Shown: one piece after another, positions 48,791-61,920 of the stretch
Layout: each line of letters begins with the position of its first letter
Position numbering within the stretch: position 1 is the first letter of the stretch
NCBI GenBank assembly: GCA_051313645.2
Contig: JBNRSN020000008.1
Location: 42,036,001-42,100,000 of the forward strand
DNA: 64,000 nucleotides
Direction of reading: 5' to 3'
Source: Centroscyllium fabricii
Lineage: Eukaryota
Position numbers and translations under genes: made by a program
Notes under the pieces: model-generated
Seen by the model: only the letters and a program-made list of their open reading frames with translations
Databases searched by the model: none
Told to the model about the DNA's origin: nothing

Positions 48791-49181
48791 TTAAAGAAGA
48801 ACTTGAGACTGATTCCTGCCATCAAAAAACTGAGTTATGAAGAAAAATAGAAGCATCACATTTTAATCCCTTTATTATCTAGATATTTTCAGCTCCTGTA
48901 TTTCAGACTACAATATTCTCATAATTCAACCCCAGCTCTTTACATCCAAGTATTCACTTACCTGACACCTAGGTAACTTCCAGACCATGCTCAGAAGAAT
49001 GAACATAGAACCCTATTTGAGATGGTGTTGGCTGCTTGTTCTATCCTATGCCTCCATAGGATCCTCTGTTGCCTCTGAAAGACAGCAGTATAAGACCACA
49101 ATAGACCTTGCTGTGGGGTTTCACTGCCAAAAAACCTTGTTAAGCAGTGATAGAAAAAGTAAATAGCAGCAGTAACATAGT

Positions 49182-49735
49182 GGCCCAGAAATTAGGGGCC
49201 CAACGCGCAAGTTCGGATGGTATACTCATGCGTGGGCCCCTCGGAATTGCCGGTTTCCGGCATACAGCGCATGCGCGCGTAACCGGCAATTCCGATCCCC
49301 TGACTGAAGGGGTCAGGAGCCGGAGTGCACTTCCGATTTTTTCACGGGTTTGTATCAGGCTAAGTATTTTAAAAGGTTACGGCTGATATTTTCATCCGTA
49401 AAGAGTCGATATTTATCAGGTAAGTCTTTATTTTATTCAATTTAAGCATTTTTTTCCATAGGGTTATCATTTTTAAAAACTTCAAGGAAAGGTAAGTTGA
49501 TTTGTAGGTCTGTTAAATACTTTAAATATTTTTTTCAAAATTTTTAATTTTTGTTTAAAATAGCTCATTTATGTCATTGATAGCAATTTTAAAAATGTGA
49601 TGACATTTCACAAAGACCTCGGAGGGCCTCGCATCGGAAGTCCTAGGCGAGAAATCACCGAAATGCAGGTGCAGAAGGTAAGTGCAATTTGGAGGCTTGC
49701 ACACGCGGCAAGCCTCCGACCCTCATTTCTGGCCC
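49182..49735. mobile_element. Harbinger-like MITE, internally deleted
   Basis: GGCCCAGAAAT / ATTTCTGGCCC; flanks AGT/AGC. Confidence 0.82.
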
Positions 49736-49922
49736 AGCATATTGTTGCTGTGGTTGTTAAGTTTACTTAGCTTCTTCTTGTAATGGAAAATAAATATTAT
49801 ATGCTAAGCTATATATTGTGACTAAAATTTTACCACATCGTTCTTCTGTAACTTTTTTTTCTCTCACAAACAATGGACGTATCCAATATAGCTAACAATC
49901 TTCAGGTGTTTCAGACAGATCA

Positions 49923-50763
49923 GGCGCGATTTTAATTCAGAAGTTGGGTAAGAGGCAGGACTACAACTTTCGGGATTGTAGTCCCGCCTCCATCGAGATG
50001 CAGCCAATCCACGCGATGTTAACCTGATTGACCTCGTTGAGTCCGCCCGGCGGGCTCAGCAGGCCAATTAAGGGCCACCCGGCAACAGGTGACGTCACAG
50101 ACTGAAATTTCATCTGTCAAGAGGCTTTAACAGATGAAATATCAGTGTTTCACAGCTGTTTGAAGCTGTCAAACACTGACAGTCTGACTTCTAACCTGAG
50201 TCCTTCTCCACAGACTCAGTTAGAAATCTCTCCTGCACAGAAAGCTGAATGCTGTCACTTTTGACAGTTCGCAGCCATTCTGCTTTCTGTGCCGGTGAGA
50301 TGAGGAACTCCCGAGACCTAAAGGAAGGAAGGCTGAAAAGTTAAGAAAGGGTATGTAAAACTTCTTTAATCACTTTAGACACACCAAACACACTTACCTT
50401 TGCACCCATGCACACATCACTCACCTGAACACTGACATCTCGACCCCTCCAACTCCTTCAACCCGACGGCATGACTCCTCGAACTTGGCGTGGTTTGGAG
50501 CCATCGGGAATCCCACACTTCAACATTAAAAATAGGGATTAGGCTAAAAACTGCCTATTAACTATCTGTTAACAGGCAGTTAATTGGTACTAATCCCTTC
50601 CCACCTCAGGTAGGCGGGTCCCAGTGCGGGGCGGGTACCGGCCTCCTTTGAAACTGGCATGGAGGCCGGTTGGGTGCGGGATGGGTCGGGACCTCTGATT
50701 TCGAGATTTTAATCCCCTGCACTCCTCCAATCCCGACTCCATGGCTCAATGAAAATCGAGGCC
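49923..50763. mobile_element. MITE-like element rich in internal hairpins
   Basis: Ends GGCGCGATTTT / AAAATCGAGGCC; TSD not clear. Confidence 0.65.
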
Positions 50764-51939
50764 ATTCACTTCAAAGGCGATAGATTATCTCATTCCCCTT
50801 TGGAAGCCTAGATAAATGTATCAATTTTAAAAGGGCAGATACACCGATGGTCTGCTCAATGATATTTTTGGTAGCAGCGTGGCCACCATTGTCATTCCGC
50901 TGTGACAGGAGTCATGAGCCATGTTTGAAGGAGATATCCCTTGTCGCCCAATAGCCAGCCTGTGATCTGGCAGCAGGGTTGGAACTAAGGCAGCACAGAG
51001 AATGACTGAATCATGACTGCTGCCAGGAAACTGGTCACAGAGTCCAACACTGGGGAGGTCTAATTTCCCAAAAGAGTCCTAAAAGAATCGTAGGATGCTT
51101 ATGATGAGGGTTTTAATACTTCCAGCACACGCCCTGGATGGCTACAGAGCAGCCCGATCCAATATGGCAGACAAAGCACTTCCGGCGTGGGACAATCGCG
51201 CACATGCCAACCATGATATTGAAACCTTAGATGCCCATTTGTGAAAGGAGCGCAGTGTGATCGAAATTCTAGGCCCCTATTTCTTACAACCTTAGCATTG
51301 CATTTTACAATATTTGCTTTTACATATTAATGTTTTCAGACAACCCAGTTTTTACATCTGCGGCAAACTAAGCTCAGGAGCCAGAAATCCAGCACAGTTT
51401 GATGACCATATCGAAGAAGGAACAATTTTCTTGTATTGTCAAGCTGTGCCCATCAGACTTAATAATAGATCTGAGATGTTCAGGTTCATGTGCCAATCAT
51501 TTGACCACTTCAGACACTTCTAGAATGTACATGTCTATTCCATGTAATAACACTGCAAATAGAAAACTCAAACCTCAACTTCAGCCCTTAAGCTGTGCTT
51601 CTATTCTTCCCAATGACCTTCACTGCTGCCAATCTAATTCATCATCTTATCTCCACACTACAGTCACCTCTAGGGTTGAAGTATTAACTGGATCAGTGGA
51701 TTTAATTGTAATATTGAATTTCTGATTTTTAAGGTTGATTTCAGTTTGATTTTCTTGTGATTCTTACAGCACTGCGCACACATTCTGTACCTCTGTAGTT
51801 TCTATCACGAGAAAGTTTGTGCCCCAATAAGTAGTTTGTGCCCCAATAAGTTCAAGTAAAGAGCAAAAATGTATCGTCAGCAAATAACACAGTGCACTTG
51901 TTGATGTACTTTGTCTCCACGATTGTAATTTTTCATCAT

Positions 51940-52182
51940 TGTGGAGCCTCAAATCAGAGCCGACAGCTTGTTCTAACGAAAGGCTTTTATTTACAAAGAA
52001 CTGAACCTAGTCTGCGATGAGACCGCCCGGAATGAGAGCCAGGTGGGCGGAGCATTCTCCTTTATACTCATACCCAGAGGCGGGGTCAGTCGGTCCAGGT
52101 CCTTACAGAAAGGTACAGATATATTAATCCAAACTATATACAATAATAGCACAGTGTGAACCACACCAAATGGTTCATCACA
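51940..52182 (-). mobile_element. Solo LTR related to the 33167-38225 provirus
   Basis: Perfect TSD ATCAT; about 200 bp closely match the provirus LTR. Confidence 0.93.
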
Positions 52183-52968
52183 ATCATGTTGGAATTGTTA
52201 AGGTGGAAAGTAAACAAGCATAGAAAATATAACCAATTATATCCGAACCCAACCGCAATCTCTGGCCAATTTTAATTCCATATTTATCTGTGATGTTGAT
52301 CTTCCCACACTGCACATTTATTAATCAAACCAAGCAGTTTTTTCAGGATATCCATTTTATGTTCATCACCCACACATGACTTGATGTTACATTGGGTCAA
52401 AAGCATTCATGAAAAGTTGATGAAAATATTATTATCCTCACATTCCAGACCTTTGGCTGCAGTGGAAGCAAGTCTGGAACAAAAAAGATATTGATGGTCT
52501 TAACCAGCAGCGGCAAGATTATTCCACTGATCACAATAGCCACTGCATGATGTGTTAGGGAGGTGTGATCGGCAGAGACGGGGTAGGGAAACTCAACTGC
52601 AACGGTACCCTCCTCCTGACGAAATGCTTAGAACATGGCCTTGTCATAACCAACACTTTGTCCCATCAGAGAGACATGTACAAGGCTTCATGGCAACACC
52701 CTCACTCCAAGCACTGGCATCTGCTGGACTACATCATCGTCCGAGCGAGGGACCGCAAGGATGTCCGCATCACCCGTGCCTTGACAGGAGCTGATGACTG
52801 ATGGACAGCCAACCGCCTAATCCGCTCTGTCATCTCCATCATCGTAGCCCCCAAACAACAATGCCGCAGGAAAATCAACACTGGAGTACTCAAAGACCCT
52901 ACTAAGAAAGCCCTATTCAGCCTGTGCCTCACAAGCAACCTGACAACTCCCAGTGATTCAGAGACAGC

Positions 52969-54164
52969 GAGGTCTATGTGGTAACCGTATTACCAGTGTA
53001 TATAGTAACCGTATTACCAGTGTATATATGGATGTGCTCACCTTTGACATTGTACATTGTATGCAAGGCCAGATCAGCCACACCTCTAACTCCTCCCCTC
53101 AGGTGGGAGCATATAGGTGAGGGCTGCCCTGCCCCCGCTCATTCTCGCCTTGAACTCGACAGGAGACTAGCTCCATTGCAAGTGAATAAAAGCCTGTAGT
53201 TTGGGTAACTACTCATCTTTCGTGTTTGATTGACGATACGTCAGTCTATTTTCCTGAAGGTGTGGGAAATGGGTGGATTCCCCGCTGATCACTCTATCTT
53301 CCCGCTTTCTGAAGGGTGTGGAAGCCCCACATAATTTTGGCTTAATTGGCCAATTAAGTCCCTGAGTTTGGGAAGCCCCTGGCAATTGATTCATTTTAAA
53401 CAGAAAGCGGGCGGGTTTTTCCACTGTGTAAGCAGCAGAGGCAGTGACTGGCATATGTAAGTGGCCTGCAGTTTCTCTTTCTGTGTTTTCAGGGCATTAT
53501 GATGTCATAATGGAATGTAAACAGAGTGTACCCGCAACTCGGTGAGTGCCAGCTGTAACTAGTCTGGTCTGTTTGCTTGTTGTTTCAGTCATTTCAAAGA
53601 GAGCAATGCTATGTAAACAGAAACTAACACCCCATGGATGATTGACAGATCTGAGTGCTTTGATTCACAGCAGGCTCCTGACAGCTGCACAGTGCATCTT
53701 ATGTAAGCCATTGCGATGGAGCTGGCAGGTAAGTGATTTAAAGGTCTTTGGCCACTGATCTTGGGCACCCAAGGGAGACAGGTAGACCTCCAGCATGTTG
53801 GAGGTCAGCAAGCCATTCAGCGGCAGGTGCTTCCATGCCTTGAGGATGGAAGTCACCAAGCCGGTTGTGTGTCCACCAGCTTTCAATGGTGGTTTTTCAA
53901 TCAGGCGGGTTTTGCATGGGAAAAGGCTCAAAATAACAAGGAGCCTTTAAAATGGCATTACCGATGCCATATAAGGGCCCCTAATGAGCCTAACGACCAT
54001 CCCCACCAATGCCAGGTGGAACTGAGGCGAGCCGATCGGACCCACCGGGTAAAACAGACAAGCGGACGGGAAGCCAGTGGGAAGGGTCGCGGGCCACCGT
54101 TTTAGCTATTTTCCATACAGGCCCACCCAAAAACCCGTCTGGTGGCTCCATGAAAATTGACCCC
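52969..54164. mobile_element. Harbinger-like MITE with a solo LTR inside its left TIR
   Basis: GAGGTCTA[LTR]TTTTCCTG ... ATGAAAATTGACCCC. Confidence 0.82.
52977..53243 (+). mobile_element. Solo Gypsy LTR
   Basis: TGTGG...ACGTCA, perfect TSD GTCTA, GTGAATAAAAGCC. Confidence 0.92.
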
Positions 54165-56244
54165 AGAGTGTCCACAGCACCTGGTCTGCACTCAAGGCCT
54201 CCATAATCAGCACCTGTAAAGAGACGCTCGGTCACTCGACCAGGAAACACCAAGACTGGTTAGACGAGAATGACCAGGAGATCCATGAGCTAATAAGCCG
54301 CAAGTGCGATAGGCATTCCTGATCTGAAAACAGTAACAGAACTCGAGAGCAAGAAAGCAGCCCTACAAATGCCTGAAGGCTGAGGTACAACAAAAAACCC
54401 ACAACCTAAAGAACAGATGGTGGGTAGAGAAAGCACAGGAAATCCAGCAGCTAGCTGACAACCATGACGTACATGGATTCTTTAGCGCAGTCAAGACCAC
54501 CTATGGCCCAAGCACTCAAGGTCCTACACCACTGTGGGCCAAAATGGAGAGGTACTCATCAAGAACAGAGAGGCAATCAGTACCTGCTGGAAGGAGAATT
54601 TCAAAGATCTCCTTAACCAAGATTCTGTCTTCAATGCGAGTGTCCTCAACTCCATCCCACAGCATGCTACCTGCCACCACCTCAGCACAACCCCAGCCTG
54701 GCATGAGGTTGAAAAGGCCAACCAGCAACTGAAGAACAACAAGGCCTCAGGAACAGATGGAATCCCCACCGAGGCACTAAAACATGGCAGAGAAGCACTA
54801 TTGTTGTGAATTCATGAACTCATTTCTCTTATTTGGAAGGAGGTGAGCCTGCCAGGGGATCTCAGAGACGCCGTAATCATGACCATCTTCAAGAAAGGTG
54901 ACAAGTCCAATTGTGGAAAATTACAGAGGAGTCTCCCTGCTGTCTGCCACAGGGAAAGTCATCGCAAGAATCCTCCTCAATCGCCTGCTCCCAGTGGCTG
55001 AAGAGCTCCTCCCAGAGTAGCATTGCGGATTCCACCCACTAAGGGGTAAAGACAAGAGAAATGCAGGGAACAGCACCAACCGCTGTACATGGCCTTCTTT
55101 GACCTCACAATGGCCTTCGACACTGTCAACCATGAGGGATTATGGAGTGTCCTCAAATTCGGCTGCCCTCAAAAGTTTATCCACATCCTCCACCTGCTTC
55201 ATGACGACATGTAAGGCGTGATCCTGACCAACGGATCCACCACAGACCCAATTCACAGATGGACAAGCAAGGCTGTGTCATCACACCAACACTCCTCTCG
55301 ATCTTCCTGGATGCAATGTTCCATCTCACCCTCAGTAAGCTCCCCGCTGGAGTGGAGCTAATCTACAGAACAAACGGGAAACTGTTCAACCTCCGTTGCC
55401 TCCAGTCCAGATCCAAGGTCGTTCCATCCTCTGTCATCAAATTACAGTATGCAGACGACTCTTGCAACTGCGCACACTCTGAGGTCTAACTCCAAACCAT
55501 CGTCAACACCTTCACTGAAGTGTACAAGAGCATGGGCCTTGCACTAAACATCTGTAAGACAAAGGTCCTCTACCAACCTGCCCCCGCCACACAGCACTGC
55601 CCCCCTCCTGTATGCTTCAGAGACATGGACCATGTACAGCAGGCACCTCAAAGCACTGGAGAGGTACCACCAACACTGCCTCCGCAAGATCTTGCAAATC
55701 CATTGGCAGGATAGGCACAACAATGTCTGTGTTCTCATTCAGGCCAACATCCGCAGCATCGAAGCTCTGACCACGCACAATCAGCTCTGATGAATGGGCC
55801 ATGTCGTCTGCATGACCAATTCAAGACTCCCAAAGCAAGCGCCCTACTCGGAGCTCTGACACGGCAAGAGAGCCCCAGGTGGGCAGAGGAAATGCTTCAA
55901 GGACACCCTCAAAGCCTCCTTAAAAAGGTACAACATCCCCACCAACACCTGGGAATCCCTGGCCCAAGACTGCACTAAGTGAAGGAGAAGCATCCGGGAA
56001 GGCGCTGAACACAGATTCTCTTCGCCGGGAGCAAGTGGAAACCAAGCGCAGACAGCGGAAGGAGCGCACGTCAACCCAAGAACCCCACCCACCTCTTCAA
56101 CCACCATCTGCTCCACCTGTGACAGAGACTGTAGGTCCCGCATTGGACTCATCAGTCACCTGAGAACTCATTTTTAGTGTGGAAGCAAGTCATCCTCGGT
56201 TTCGAGGGACTGCCTAAGAAGAGAAGTCCAGCTGTACAGAGGAT

Positions 56245-56725
56245 TACATAGGATATACAGCACAGAACCAGGCCATTCGGCCCAACCAGTCTATTTATGC
56301 TCCACTCGAGCCTCCTCTCATCTTTCCTCATCTAACTCTCAGCATAACCCTCTATTCCATTCTCCCTCCTAAGCTTGCCGAGCCTCCCCTTAAATGAATC
56401 TGTGCTACTCACCTCAACCACTCCCTGTGGCAGCGAGTTCCACATTCTTACCACTCTCTGGGTAAAGACGTTTCTTCTGGTTTCCCTATTTCTTGGTGAC
56501 TACTTTATATTGATGGCCTCTAGTTTTGCTCTTCTCCACAAGTGGAAACACTGTCTCTGTATCTACTCAATCAAAACCTATCATAATTATAAATACCTCC
56601 ATTAGTTCACCCCTCAGCCTTCTCATTTCAAGAGAAAAAATACCCAGCCTGTTTATCCTTTCCTGATAGGTGTACCCTTACATTTCTGGTATCATCCTTG
56701 TAAACCTATACTGCAATAATCTCCA
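56245..56725 (-). mobile_element. Old CR1 3' fragment
   Basis: GGCCATTCGGCCC tail motif and an FTQRVVRMWNSLP-like end. Confidence 0.8.
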
Positions 56726-57136
56726 GCCTTCCCCCAATAAAATATTAATATAACATATTCGAGTAAAATTTGAGCGCTCCTGCTCCATCCTGGCCCACAA
56801 GAAAACCTTTTTTTTTAAACTTACCTGTCTGGACTTCCTCTGGCCCAAGATCCAGCTTCCAGCAGATTTGTCCTGCTGGGGAAGCCGACAATTAGGACTC
56901 CAGTAAAAATTGCAGATCAGGCCCTGGTGACATCATTGGCGCCCTACCTGCATATTTAAAGAGGACCCCACCACCTTGGACGGGGTGTCCTTGCCGCCTG
57001 CAATTTTAAATTGCAGTCAGATCAGGGTGCAAAAAGAGTGGGTGAATATCCCCCTTCCCTCAGTCTAGTTTCCACAGGGTGGGGGGTGGCTCAGTTTTGG
57101 GTGACCCCAAGTTTATGGATGGTGGAAGATGGGAGG

Positions 57137-58883
57137 TGTAATGTATTGGCACATGGTTTGTCATATGGTTTAGTATGAGCATGCTCAGTTCACTCTGGAC
57201 TAGTAAACAAGCACCTTGACTAGCAACTCATCGTGTCTCTGCCCTTCATTTGTTCTACCCACATATATTACATTTTTGCCGACGAGAATGGGATCCCAAA
57301 GCCATTTTTAGTCATCATGGAAGGATGCAGTGTTCAACCTTCGATTGGACAACATTTGGCAAATTTCTTGCTGAAGTACAGAACTACTCCGCTCACTACA
57401 ACTGGATATACTCCAGCAGAACTGTTGATGAAGAGGAGATTGAGAACACAGTTGAGTCTTGGTCAACCAAATTTGGCCTCAAGAGTTGAACAGAAACAGT
57501 TGAGTCAGAAACTTTATTTTGACAGCAATCAGAAAGAGCACAGTTTCCAACAAAATGAGTGTGTTCCTGTTCTCAGTCCCCCTGACAAGGCGAATTCGCA
57601 CAAGTGGGATATCTGAACCATAGTAGAGGTTGGTGGAACCAAGCGATATTTGGTTGAAATTGGTGACAACATCTGAAAGTGTTCGTGTAGATCAAATGAT
57701 TTCTGCTAGAGATGAACCAAGGCGTGATCTTGAACCATTTGATCATGAACTCATACATGGGTTTGACTCCATTCAGACTTCAGGAACTGAAGTACAGGTT
57801 CAAACAAGTCTGAGAGAAACAGGATCATCTTTCAGTTCGGAACCAAAACAAAATAGCCCAAACATTGGATCAACACCAAAACCTTTTGTAAGGAGATCAG
57901 GAAGGCTCCACAAACCTGTTATTAAACTGGATTTGTAGTTCATTTGTAGCATTTGTAGTTGATTTAAAAGAAAAAAAACTCGGAGTTTTGTTATGTGGTA
58001 CATGCAATCCTGGGAAAGGTGGGACTCTAGTTTTGTTGTATTTGAGAGGGTAATATGTGCATTTTTTTAAGGGAAAAGCAGCGTAATGTATTATCACATG
58101 GTTTAGTAGAAGCATGCTCAGTTCACTGTGGCCTAGTAAACAAGTACAGCTTGCGCACCGGAAATCCAGCACGAGCGGGACCAGGCCCGTGCCGGGAAAG
58201 TGAAAAAACCAGCAAAATGAAGTCGGTCAGTGCGCATGCGCGCACCATGCAAAATGGCCGCGTGCATGCGCACAACATTGGAAATGGCCGCCGAACGATG
58301 CAGGAAAAGTCCAAAAGAGGGGGCTGAGTGGGGCCATGTGTATGTGCGGATTGGTGCAGGGGGAGGGGACGGGGGCGGGAGGGGAGCTATTTTTAGAGTG
58401 AGTGCTCACTGGATGTGCTAGTACTGCCAAGACACGAGCCGGAGCTGTTCACTCACTCAGCCAGCCGCTCATCCACTGACTCCAGCAGCAGCAAAGCCGG
58501 GTAAGGAACTCCGCTCAACATTCCCATTCCCGGCTCCCACACAGGGCCAGCCTGCTCGCCGGGAACCGTGCGCTTCCAGTTTTATTTTCGCCCTGACGCC
58601 ACGGAAGGCCCGGCGACGCATGCGCAGATCATTCAAAACACCCGGCAGACGTTTTGAATGATCTGCGCATGCGCTCGCCGTTCAGCGGCGCATGCGCAGA
58701 TCATTCGCCAAAGCCGCGATGGCGGCTGCCATCTTGCGCATGCGCAGTGCAGTCGGGGCAATTTGTGCCGGCAGACTGAAGCTGCCGGCGTTTCGGGACA
58801 CGGATTTTCGGTGCACAACCTGTACCTTGATCAACAACTCATTATGTCTCGGCCCTTCATTTGTTCCACCCGTGTATGTTACA
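57137..58883 (+). mobile_element. Internally deleted Gypsy element: two short LTRs, tRNA-Ser-like PBS, integrase C-terminal remnant
   Basis: LTRs 57137-57272 and 58082-58883 (split); PBS TTGCCGACGAGAATGGGAT; FLLKYRTTP..TPAELLM and RRSGR..LDL; PPT AAGGGAAAAG; flanks GGAGG/GAAGG. Confidence 0.85.
58147..58822. mobile_element. Tigger-like MITE in the 3' LTR
   Basis: TA TSD; CAGCTTGCGCACCGGAAATCC / GGATTTTCGGTGCACAACCTG. Confidence 0.88.
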
Positions 58884-58889
58884 GAAGGC

Positions 58890-59340
58890 TGGCTGAGATT
58901 GGAATAGTCGAGTCTCAAGGTAACAAAAGCATGGATGAGGGTTTCAGGAGCAGGTGGAATAGGACGGTATTTTTAATGGAGAGGGTAGGAGGTTGGAAGT
59001 TCAGCTCAGGGTTAGATAGGGCACCAAGCTTGTAAACAGTCTGGTTTAGCTTGAGACAAGTGGCCAGGGAGGAGAATGTGGTGGGGTTGAAGGCAATGAT
59101 TTTGGTCTTCTGAATGATTCATTGGAGGAAATTGTGAGTCATCCAGGACCGGATGTCAGACAAGTAATCTTAAAATTAAGAGGCAGTAGTTGGGTCAAGA
59201 GAGGTGGGGTGGTGAGGTAGAGCTGGGTGTCATCAGTGTACATGTGGAACCTGATGTCATGGCTTCAAATGATGTCACCGAGGGACAGCATGCAGATGAG
59301 AAATAGGATGGGCCAAGGTTAGATATTTTGGGAACTCCAG
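58890..59340 (-). mobile_element. Old L2 LINE RT fragment
   Basis: Minus strand GVPKISNLGPSYF..FHMYTDDTQLY (GVPQGSILGP / YADDTQLY-like). Confidence 0.75.
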
Positions 59341-60012
59341 AGTCTAAGGGCTAAAAATTTGGGAGCTGAACGCCACCCGTTACTGGCAAGAAATGGTGAA
59401 AGCATGGCGGCTGCCACTCTTTCGCCAGCTGGTGGTGGGTCCATTTTGGTCCTCTCTGTAGCGCTGCCGGTAACTATTAGCGTCATGCTAAAAAAAAATG
59501 GCGGATTGATGTCAGTTGGCATGCAACGGCGACTTAACGTCACCGCAGCCATCTTCAACCATAGCGCTGAGTTCAGCGCTGGGTCATAACCACGACAGAG
59601 AAACCCAACGTGTAAAGAGACTGACAGAGGTGCTGTCAGCACCTGTTAAAGGAGGACACACATTGTTCATGTAAGTTTGCATTTAAGCTTTTGGACTTGT
59701 TTTTTTGATTTTATTGAAGTACTAGATGTTAAAAGTTTTTTTAAGTGTGTAGGGGGTGCTGCTTGTCACTATCAAGGCTTCAGATGGTAAAGAAAGGCCT
59801 CTGAAAAAGCCGAAATGCTGCAGCTGCTCAGTAGGTCAGGCAACACCAGTGGAGGGAAAAGCAGAGTTCACGTCGCAGATCAAGATGCTGCCTGTATTTC
59901 CAGCATTTTATGGTGGCATTTCAGATTTACAGCATCCGCTCACAGAGGGCAGAGGAAGACAAAGAACAGGAAGATGCCAAGGAGGAGAAAGCCGAAGAGG
60001 AGAAAGCAGAAT

Positions 60013-60391
60013 CATAGAATCATAGAAACTAGGAGCAGGAGTAGGCCATTCCGCCCTTCGAGCCTGCTCCGCCATTCAATGAGATCATGGCTGATCATCC
60101 AAACCCAGTACCCCGCCCCTGCCCTCCCCCCATATCCCTATCGAGCCTGCACAGACACATATCCCACCCTATCCCCGTAACCCCACAAATTCAATCCCCC
60201 TATCACTAAGGGTCAATTTATCCTGGCCAATCAACCTAACCCGCACATCTTTGGACTGCACCCGGAGTAAACCCACGCAGACACGGGGAGAATGTGCAAA
60301 CTCCACACAGATAGTACCCGAGGCTGGATTTGAACCCGGGTCTCCAGTGCTGTAAGGCAACAGTGCTAAACACTATGCCACCATGCCACCC
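60013..60391 (-). mobile_element. HE1-type V-SINE
   Basis: Same structure as the other copies. Confidence 0.9.
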
Positions 60392-61920
60392 AGAAGAAGA
60401 AGAAGCAGATGGAAGGATACATCACAGCCAGCCCCTTTGTGGCCGGGATCATCCACCTGCAGTTCCAGTGACCACAACCCCAATCTCCCTTTCAACATTA
60501 GTCTCACTCCTTATCTTCTCTCTGTTACTGACCATCACAGTGTCCTCTTGGCCACGATGCTGAAATAAAAGCCACCACAAAGCAAACTTTCCAATCCATC
60601 TTTATACATCTATCCATCCAATATGACATCAAGAAATCAACTCATCTCCCTGTCACCATTGTCAGCCATGGCTCAGTGGACAGCACTTTCCAGGTGGGAG
60701 GGGCTAGGAGTGAGCAGGTGTCACTCGTTGCCTTGAGTACAGCAGGGAGTTGGAGTGAGGTTGTTCAAAGTTGGTGGTGGGATTTTGGGGTTTTGTTTTC
60801 AGGTTTTACGGCCTTTGTGGCCCATAAACAACAGCCGGGCCCCTCAGAGGACAGACCCGGGATTAAATTAATTAGGGAAGAAAATGCAGTTGGAAGGGAA
60901 AGAAAAAGGCCCAAAGATTTGGGCCGGGACCTCAGGAGGTTTGGAAAGGAAAACACGGAGGTGGTCCAGTGTGTGGATAAGGCCTGACGAGCTTAGGATA
61001 TTATCCAAGCAGTACATGAGGACCATGGCGAGGGAAGCTGCTTTGCCTGCCGGCCAAAGCCGAATGTGGGATTTAAGGTAATGGTCAGCAGCTGAGAGGA
61101 GGTGGAAAGACTTTTACTCAGTTTGAGAGTGGGCGATAAGTTTTTGGATGCTGCTCTGCTATATTCGGAAGTGGTGGTCTCATTCTTAAACTTGCCAGTT
61201 TACATTGAGGACGATGTACTATTAAAAAGTTGGAATCATGGGACACTAAAATCTGCTCGGCGATAAGGAGGAGGTATTATCCAGGAACACGGGTAGCAGA
61301 TGGAACCCGTTACGTTAAGGTGCGGTTCCCAGAGGGGGTGAAGTCAGTGCCTTACAGTATGAAGTTCGAGACAATGGAAGGAGTGCAGTACTTCCGAGTG
61401 CTGCATGACAACCAAGTGAAGGTGTGTTATTACTGTCTGGGACACGACCATCTGGTAAGAAACTGGCCAGACTTGTATTGTTATAATTGCAGCGAGTCTG
61501 GACACATCGCTCGGGGCTGCAAAGCGGAGAACTGTGGGGTTGTCACAAAGGCCCCACCCGCTGTGAGTGTGAGGCAGAAGGAAGCGCTATGAGCGAGGAG
61601 GAGAAGGGAGAAGGAGCAGGAAGCGTGAGTGGATTGGCCAGAGGAGCGGAGCAGTCAGAGGACACAGCTGGCTAATTGATGGAGAAAAGAGCACCGGAAG
61701 AGGCAGGAAATGGTGGAACAGAGAGCAGGGAGAAGATGGTGGAAAACACCCCAAGTACTGTGGAAAAGAACAAAGACGGCAGCGGACAGCAAGGATCAAG
61801 TGCAGACTCGAGCCTAAATATGGTTCAGCTCTCCCTGGAGAATCTGGGGTCTGTGGGGTGAGAGGAGGCGGGGGCGGGGTGTGTAGTAAAGGCAAGTACT
61901 CCAAAGGAAGTCGGGGAGTC

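Larger units (their letters stand above)
52556..56226 (+). mobile_element. RTE LINE, decayed, interrupted by a MITE and an LTR
   Basis: HPHSKHWHLLDYIIVR, NNKASGTDGIP, KQGCVITP, LQYADD; RTE 3' end shared with 29433-29935. Confidence 0.92.

Noticed and set aside
51314-51725. Short ORFs in unique sequence
   Set aside because: No recognisable motifs or convincing paired splice sites.
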